From: Gemmatimonadales bacterium
Lineage (GTDB): Bacteria; Gemmatimonadota; Gemmatimonadetes; Gemmatimonadales; Gemmatimonadaceae
DNA: 64,000 nt
Direction of reading: 5' to 3'
NCBI GenBank assembly: GCA_038227135.1
Contig: JBBRQC010000006.1
Location: forward strand, 20,896-84,895
Shown here: piece by piece, positions 60,604 through 64,000 of the stretch
How the letters are laid out: every line of letters starts with the position of its first letter
Position numbering within the stretch: the stretch's first letter is position 1
Made by a program: the position numbers and the translations under genes
The notes under the pieces: model-generated
What the model saw: the letters and a program-made list of their open reading frames with translations, nothing else
The model's database searches: none
Told to the model about the DNA's origin: nothing

Positions 60604-61628
60604 GGGCGGCCGCCACAGCAAACAAAGCAGGAATGAACGGAGCAGTTCCGCGTGGAGTATCCCTCCAGGCGATTCAGATTCCTATCCGCTCGCAGCTGGA
60701 TGGTGTCTCGCAAGCCATGGCAACGATCGTGGCGAGCAAGATGCCGCTGGTCGGTCGGGTAAGCGCTCACCTCCTGGCAATGCGCGGAAAACTGTTTCGT
60801 CCCACTCTGCTGCTTCTGTCCAGTCAGGTGGAGGGAGAGGAGGAATCGGAGAAAGCAGTGAGCCTTGCCGCCGCGCTGGAGCTGATACACCTCGCCACGC
60901 TCGTACACGACGACGCGGTAGATCACTCCGCGCTCAGGCGGGGAATGCCGACGGTGAATGCGCTGTTCAGCCACCAGATCTCCGTCATCATGGGAGATTT
61001 TCTCTACTCGACCGCGCTCACACACCTCGTAGGGCTCGGCGATCTGGCCGCTCTCCATGCGCTCACCAGAGCGTCCACGGAAATGACACTCGGCGAGATG
61101 CGGCAGCTCGCTGTGACCGAGCCGCTTCTGTTCACCGAGGGCGAGTACTACGATCTGATTCGCTCCAAGACCGCGTCCCTGATGCGCACCGCGTGCGAGC
61201 TCGGCGCGCTGGCGGGCGCGCGCTCCCACGAAAAAGCGCTGGGTGACTTTGGAGAGAATCTCGGAATGGCGTTTCAGATCACGGACGATCTGCTCGACTA
61301 TCGCGAGGTGAAGGAGACTACGGGCAAGCCGTCCGGCCTCGACCTTCGCGAGCGCAAGGTGACGCTGCCGTTGATACACGCGCTGCGCGAGATGTCACCG
61401 GTGTCGCGGAGGGAAGTGGAGCGGCTGTTCGTGGCCGATGCTGTCACCGACGACGAAATCGCCGCTGTGGTTCAGATCGTCGCCGACAGCGGCGGTTTCG
61501 AATACGCCCGCCAGCGTGGTGAGGAATTCGCCGAGCGGGCTCAGGATTCATTATCGGATTTGCCGGATACTGTGGCGCGCCGCTCCCTCAGCGCGTCAAT
61601 TTCCTACGTCATGGAGAGACACTCTTAA
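60600..61628 (+). CDS. polyprenyl diphosphate synthase (long-chain, IspB/HepT-like)
   Basis: It has a first DDxxD motif (LVHDDAVDH), a second (FQITDDLLD), and GKLFRP. GTG 60600 overlaps the upstream stop. ATG 60633 is an alternative start. Confidence 0.9.
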   Translation: MRAAATANKAGMNGAVPRGVSLQAIQIPIRSQLDGVSQAMATIVASKMPLVGRVSAHLLAMRGKLFRPTLLLLSSQVEGEEESEKAVSLAAALELIHLATLVHDDAVDHSALRRGMPTVNALFSHQISVIMGDFLYSTALTHLVGLGDLAALHALTRASTEMTLGEMRQLAVTEPLLFTEGEYYDLIRSKTASLMRTACELGALAGARSHEKALGDFGENLGMAFQITDDLLDYREVKETTGKPSGLDLRERKVTLPLIHALREMSPVSRREVERLFVADAVTDDEIAAVVQIVADSGGFEYARQRGEEFAERAQDSLSDLPDTVARRSLSASISYVMERHS

Positions 61629-61918
61629 TGCCACCATACAATCCGCGGGGTCATAACCGGCGCGGGACGCTCTTTCACTCACTCGTGCTGGCGAGCGGAT
61701 TCATCGTCGGCGGGGTGCTGCAGCAGGTGGGACGGAAGTTCCTGCCCCCGGGCGCCGCCAAGGAGTTCTTTACCACCGGCGTGACCCCATCCCTCGGGCC
61801 AATGCCCGTGGATTTGGTTATACTCAAGTTCGCCCTTGGCCCGGTAGCGATCGATGTGTCACTATTGAGCCTGTTGGGGGTACTCGTGGCTTATCTGATA
61901 GCACGTTCGATCTTCTAG
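61628..61918 (+). CDS. small two-TM membrane protein (DUF4321-like, from memory)
   Basis: Its ATG overlaps the synthase stop (TAATG). It has two hydrophobic segments (LFHSLVLASGFIVGGVL and VSLLSLLGVLVAYLIA). It lies 10 nt upstream of tatA. Confidence 0.5.
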   Translation: MPPYNPRGHNRRGTLFHSLVLASGFIVGGVLQQVGRKFLPPGAAKEFFTTGVTPSLGPMPVDLVILKFALGPVAIDVSLLSLLGVLVAYLIARSIF

Positions 61919-61927
61919 GAGTTTCCA

Positions 61928-62200
61928 ATGTTTGGCAATCTGGGTTTTCCCGAGCTGCTGATCATCATGATCGTGATTCTCTTGCTCTTCGGAGCCAAGC
62001 GGATCCCCGAGATCGCAGGCTCGATGGGGAAGGGAATCAGGGAATTCAAGAAAAACATCAACGACGCGACGCGCGAAGTGACCGCGGAGACGCGCGCACC
62101 GGGCGAGCCGGAGTCCCAGTCGCGGTTGACGGCGGCCGAGCTCGAACAGCGGCGAGCGGTTGACGAGGCTGAGAGGCCCGCTCCCAAGAGGCTGTTGTAG
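61928..62200 (+). CDS. tatA: twin-arginine translocase subunit TatA/E
   Basis: MFGNLGFPELLIIMIVILLLFGAKRIPEIAGSMGKGIREFKK is the canonical TatA TM plus amphipathic helix. Confidence 0.93.
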   Translation: MFGNLGFPELLIIMIVILLLFGAKRIPEIAGSMGKGIREFKKNINDATREVTAETRAPGEPESQSRLTAAELEQRRAVDEAERPAPKRLL

Positions 62201-62226
62201 GTTCTAGCTGGACTCCGCGCTCAGGG

Positions 62227-62398
62227 GCTGAACTGCAACTGAACGGGTGCGAGTTGGGCAGCTGAACTACAACCGAACGGGTGCGAGTTGTTAGTAGCGC
62301 AGCTGAAAGCTGACAGTTCATCACGAGTAACGTCCCGACGTAGTGAACTCGCCGCTGTCGCCTACGCTACTCTCAACTCGCACCCGTTCAGTTGCAGT
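62227..62398. repeat. intergenic repeat cluster with two direct 30-bp copies, a degenerate third copy and a 25-bp perfect inverted copy
   Basis: Copy A (62227-62256) is GCTGAACTGCAACTGAACGGGTGCGAGTTG. Copy B (62261-62290) is the same with 2 mismatches. Copy C (62374-62398), CAACTCGCACCCGTTCAGTTGCAGT, is the exact reverse complement of 62232-62256. B plus its flank also pairs with C plus its flank (GTAGCG/CGCTAC). Confidence 0.85.
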
Positions 62399-62407
62399 AG
62401 GCGGAAG

Positions 62408-64000
62408 CTATTGAGTAACGCTCCGCCTCGCCGATGCCTCGACCGATTTTCTCCGATCGTCGATCTTCGCAACAGCCTTCAGGTTCGTAAGAAAGTCCCG
62501 GACGCGCTCCTGCCTTAGCTGCGCCATCGCCTGCTGCCGCAGCCCTTCCTTCTGGGTCTCGAACGCAGCACGACTTGCCGGAGCTCTGTTGTCCACCCGC
62601 TCCACCACCACTGCGCCGCTCGCCTTGATCGGCGCGCTTACAACGCCCACCGGAAGCGTGAACGCCGCCCCCACCGCCTCGGGAGCCTGTGCGAGCTCGG
62701 GAACTCCGGTGACGCGCGTGAACGCCTTCGTCTTGACGACCTGCAGATTCGTCACCTTCGCCGCCTGCTCGAGCGAGCTGGCCGCGGCAATCTTTGCGAC
62801 GTTGGCTGCCTGTGGCACCAGCGCCTCGATTTTCTTCTGACGCACCAGATAAGTGCGGATGTCATTTTTCGCCTGGTCCAGGCCCAGCGTTCCTCCGGGG
62901 ACGACCGAGTCGAGACGCGCCAGATAGTATCCATCCTCCGCGTCGAACAGCTCGCTGGTCTCGCCCGGCTTTGCGCCCTCGAACGCCCATGGACCGACGC
63001 TCGGGATGTATTGCCCGTTGACCGTCAACGAATTGCCCTCGATCGCTTCCGCCTTCAGCACGGGAATCCGTAGCGCGCGCGCGGCGCTGTCGAACTTAGA
63101 CGGCTGATCGGCATTAGCGGCCATGCGCGCGAGCGAATCCGCGCGACGATCTGTGCGGGCCGCCGCCGAATCGCTCTGCGCGATGCGCAGCAGTACGTGG
63201 CTCAGCGTCAGTGTGTCGCCCTTGCGCGAGTCGAGCCTGATGATGTGGTAGCCGAACTGCGTGAGCACGGGCTGCGAAATTTCGCCTGGCTTGAGCGCAT
63301 AGGCGGCCGTCTCGAACGGAGCGACGAACCTTCCCCTGGCGCCGGTCCCCAGCGAGCCACCCTTGGCGGCTGATACCGAGTCGGCAGACTCAGCGCGTGC
63401 CACGTCCTCGAACTTCTCGCCGCCGAGTATGCGGGCGCGGAGCGCGAATGCACGTGCTCGGACCGCCGCGGAGTCTGCCGCGGTCACAGCGCGGGGGATG
63501 GTCAGGATCGAGACCTTCGCGCGCCCGGACCGATCGAAAAGCTTCTTGTGCGTGTCGTAGTACGACCTGATCTCGTCGTCACTGACGCGCACCGCCGAAT
63601 CGGAGATGCGGTCCGGCCCGAACGCGACGAATGACACTTCCGCGCTGTCGTGCGCATCCTGAAAGCGGCGCCAGAGCTGCTCGTCGGAGACGTAAACGTC
63701 ATTGGCGATCTGGTCGAACAGCTTTTCCTTATGGATCTCCGTGCGGTAGTACTGCTCGAGCTGGAGGAGCAGACCCTGCTGCCTCGCAATCGGACTCCGC
63801 AGGAAGCGCTGGTATTTCGCCGGATCGAACTGTCCGTCGGTCTGCAGATCGGGCGACTGCATCAGCTGTGGAGGCGGATTGAACCGTGCCGCCTGGAGAA
63901 TTTCGTCGTCTGTAACTGTAATGCCACGTCGCCGATACTCCTGGGCGAGCAGGGCGTCGGTCACGAGCTGGTCGTATGCCTGATCCTGGAGACGGTGTCT
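62408..64000 (-). CDS. parvulin-type peptidyl-prolyl isomerase/chaperone (PpiD/SurA-like); 5' end beyond window
   Basis: It has a PpiC rotamase motif (ISQPVLTQFGYHIIRLD) and SurA_N-like helices. The reading frame stays open from the GTG at 63964 to base 64000, so the N-terminus lies outside the window. Confidence 0.85.
   Translation of the reverse strand, partial: RHRLQDQAYDQLVTDALLAQEYRRRGITVTDDEILQAARFNPPPQLMQSPDLQTDGQFDPAKYQRFLRSPIARQQGLLLQLEQYYRTEIHKEKLFDQIANDVYVSDEQLWRRFQDAHDSAEVSFVAFGPDRISDSAVRVSDDEIRSYYDTHKKLFDRSGRAKVSILTIPRAVTAADSAAVRARAFALRARILGGEKFEDVARAESADSVSAAKGGSLGTGARGRFVAPFETAAYALKPGEISQPVLTQFGYHIIRLDSRKGDTLTLSHVLLRIAQSDSAAARTDRRADSLARMAANADQPSKFDSAARALRIPVLKAEAIEGNSLTVNGQYIPSVGPWAFEGAKPGETSELFDAEDGYYLARLDSVVPGGTLGLDQAKNDIRTYLVRQKKIEALVPQAANVAKIAAASSLEQAAKVTNLQVVKTKAFTRVTGVPELAQAPEAVGAAFTLPVGVVSAPIKASGAVVVERVDNRAPASRAAFETQKEGLRQQAMAQLRQERVRDFLTNLKAVAKIDDRRKSVEASARRSVTQ

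Noticed and set aside
62227-62330. Direct 30-bp repeats considered as a possible mini-CRISPR array.
   Set aside because: There are only two good copies plus one degenerate copy. The spacers are 4 to 10 bp rather than about 30 bp. An inverted copy is present, and no cas genes occur in the window.
62288-62518. 76-aa + strand ORF spanning the repeat region and the 3' end of the ppiD-like gene.
   Set aside because: It starts inside the repeat cluster and runs antisense into a confident minus-strand gene. It has no SD and no recognisable domain.

Overview
This is a high-GC 64 kb window, and nearly all of it is co-oriented (+ strand) housekeeping genes from a diderm bacterium. The gene content (BamD, a Tol system, an LptD-like protein, a CarboxypepD_reg-type N-terminus) suggests a Gemmatimonadota/FCB-like lineage, but that is inference only.

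Gene order:
- 2-oxo acid dehydrogenase E1alpha/E1beta/E2 with three small unknown ORFs, a PHP phosphoesterase, an SDR, trxB, an MBL hydrolase, aspA and an Rrf2 regulator.
- tRNA-Leu(CAG) on the minus strand, then smpB, an amidase and pyrD-pyrF.
- A detached alpha-type ribosomal operon (rpmJ-rpsM-rpsK-rpsD-rpoA-rplQ plus rpmB), then carB.
- A WbpD/B/E/A-like UDP-diacetamido-glucuronate cassette plus ugd, then bamD, nadD, secA and a Gfo/Idh/MocA oxidoreductase.
- radC-relA/spoT-uvrB-tsaE-tsaB-rimI, ssb and a LysM protein.
- HemX-like/sirC/hemA, an NAD-dependent sugar epimerase, and tolQ-tolR-tolA-tolB-cpoB with no pal.
- A 1254-codon ORF joining TatC to an LptD-like protein, then a DUF1835-like protein.
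- hutH-hutU-(radical SAM/SPASM)-hutI, a TPR protein with tandem repeats, a polyprenyl synthase, a small membrane protein and tatA.
- A repeat-rich intergenic region, then a convergent PpiD/SurA-like isomerase truncated by the window end.

I saw no CRISPR array, transposase, integrase, phage genes or recognisable defence island. The most unusual items are:
1. The in-frame TatC-LptD-like ORF.
2. A SPASM-type radical SAM gene inside the histidine-utilisation operon.
3. The translationally coupled DUF1835-like gene.
4. A palindromic repeat element seen at two intergenic sites.

All functional calls come from reading the translations by eye. No searches were run.
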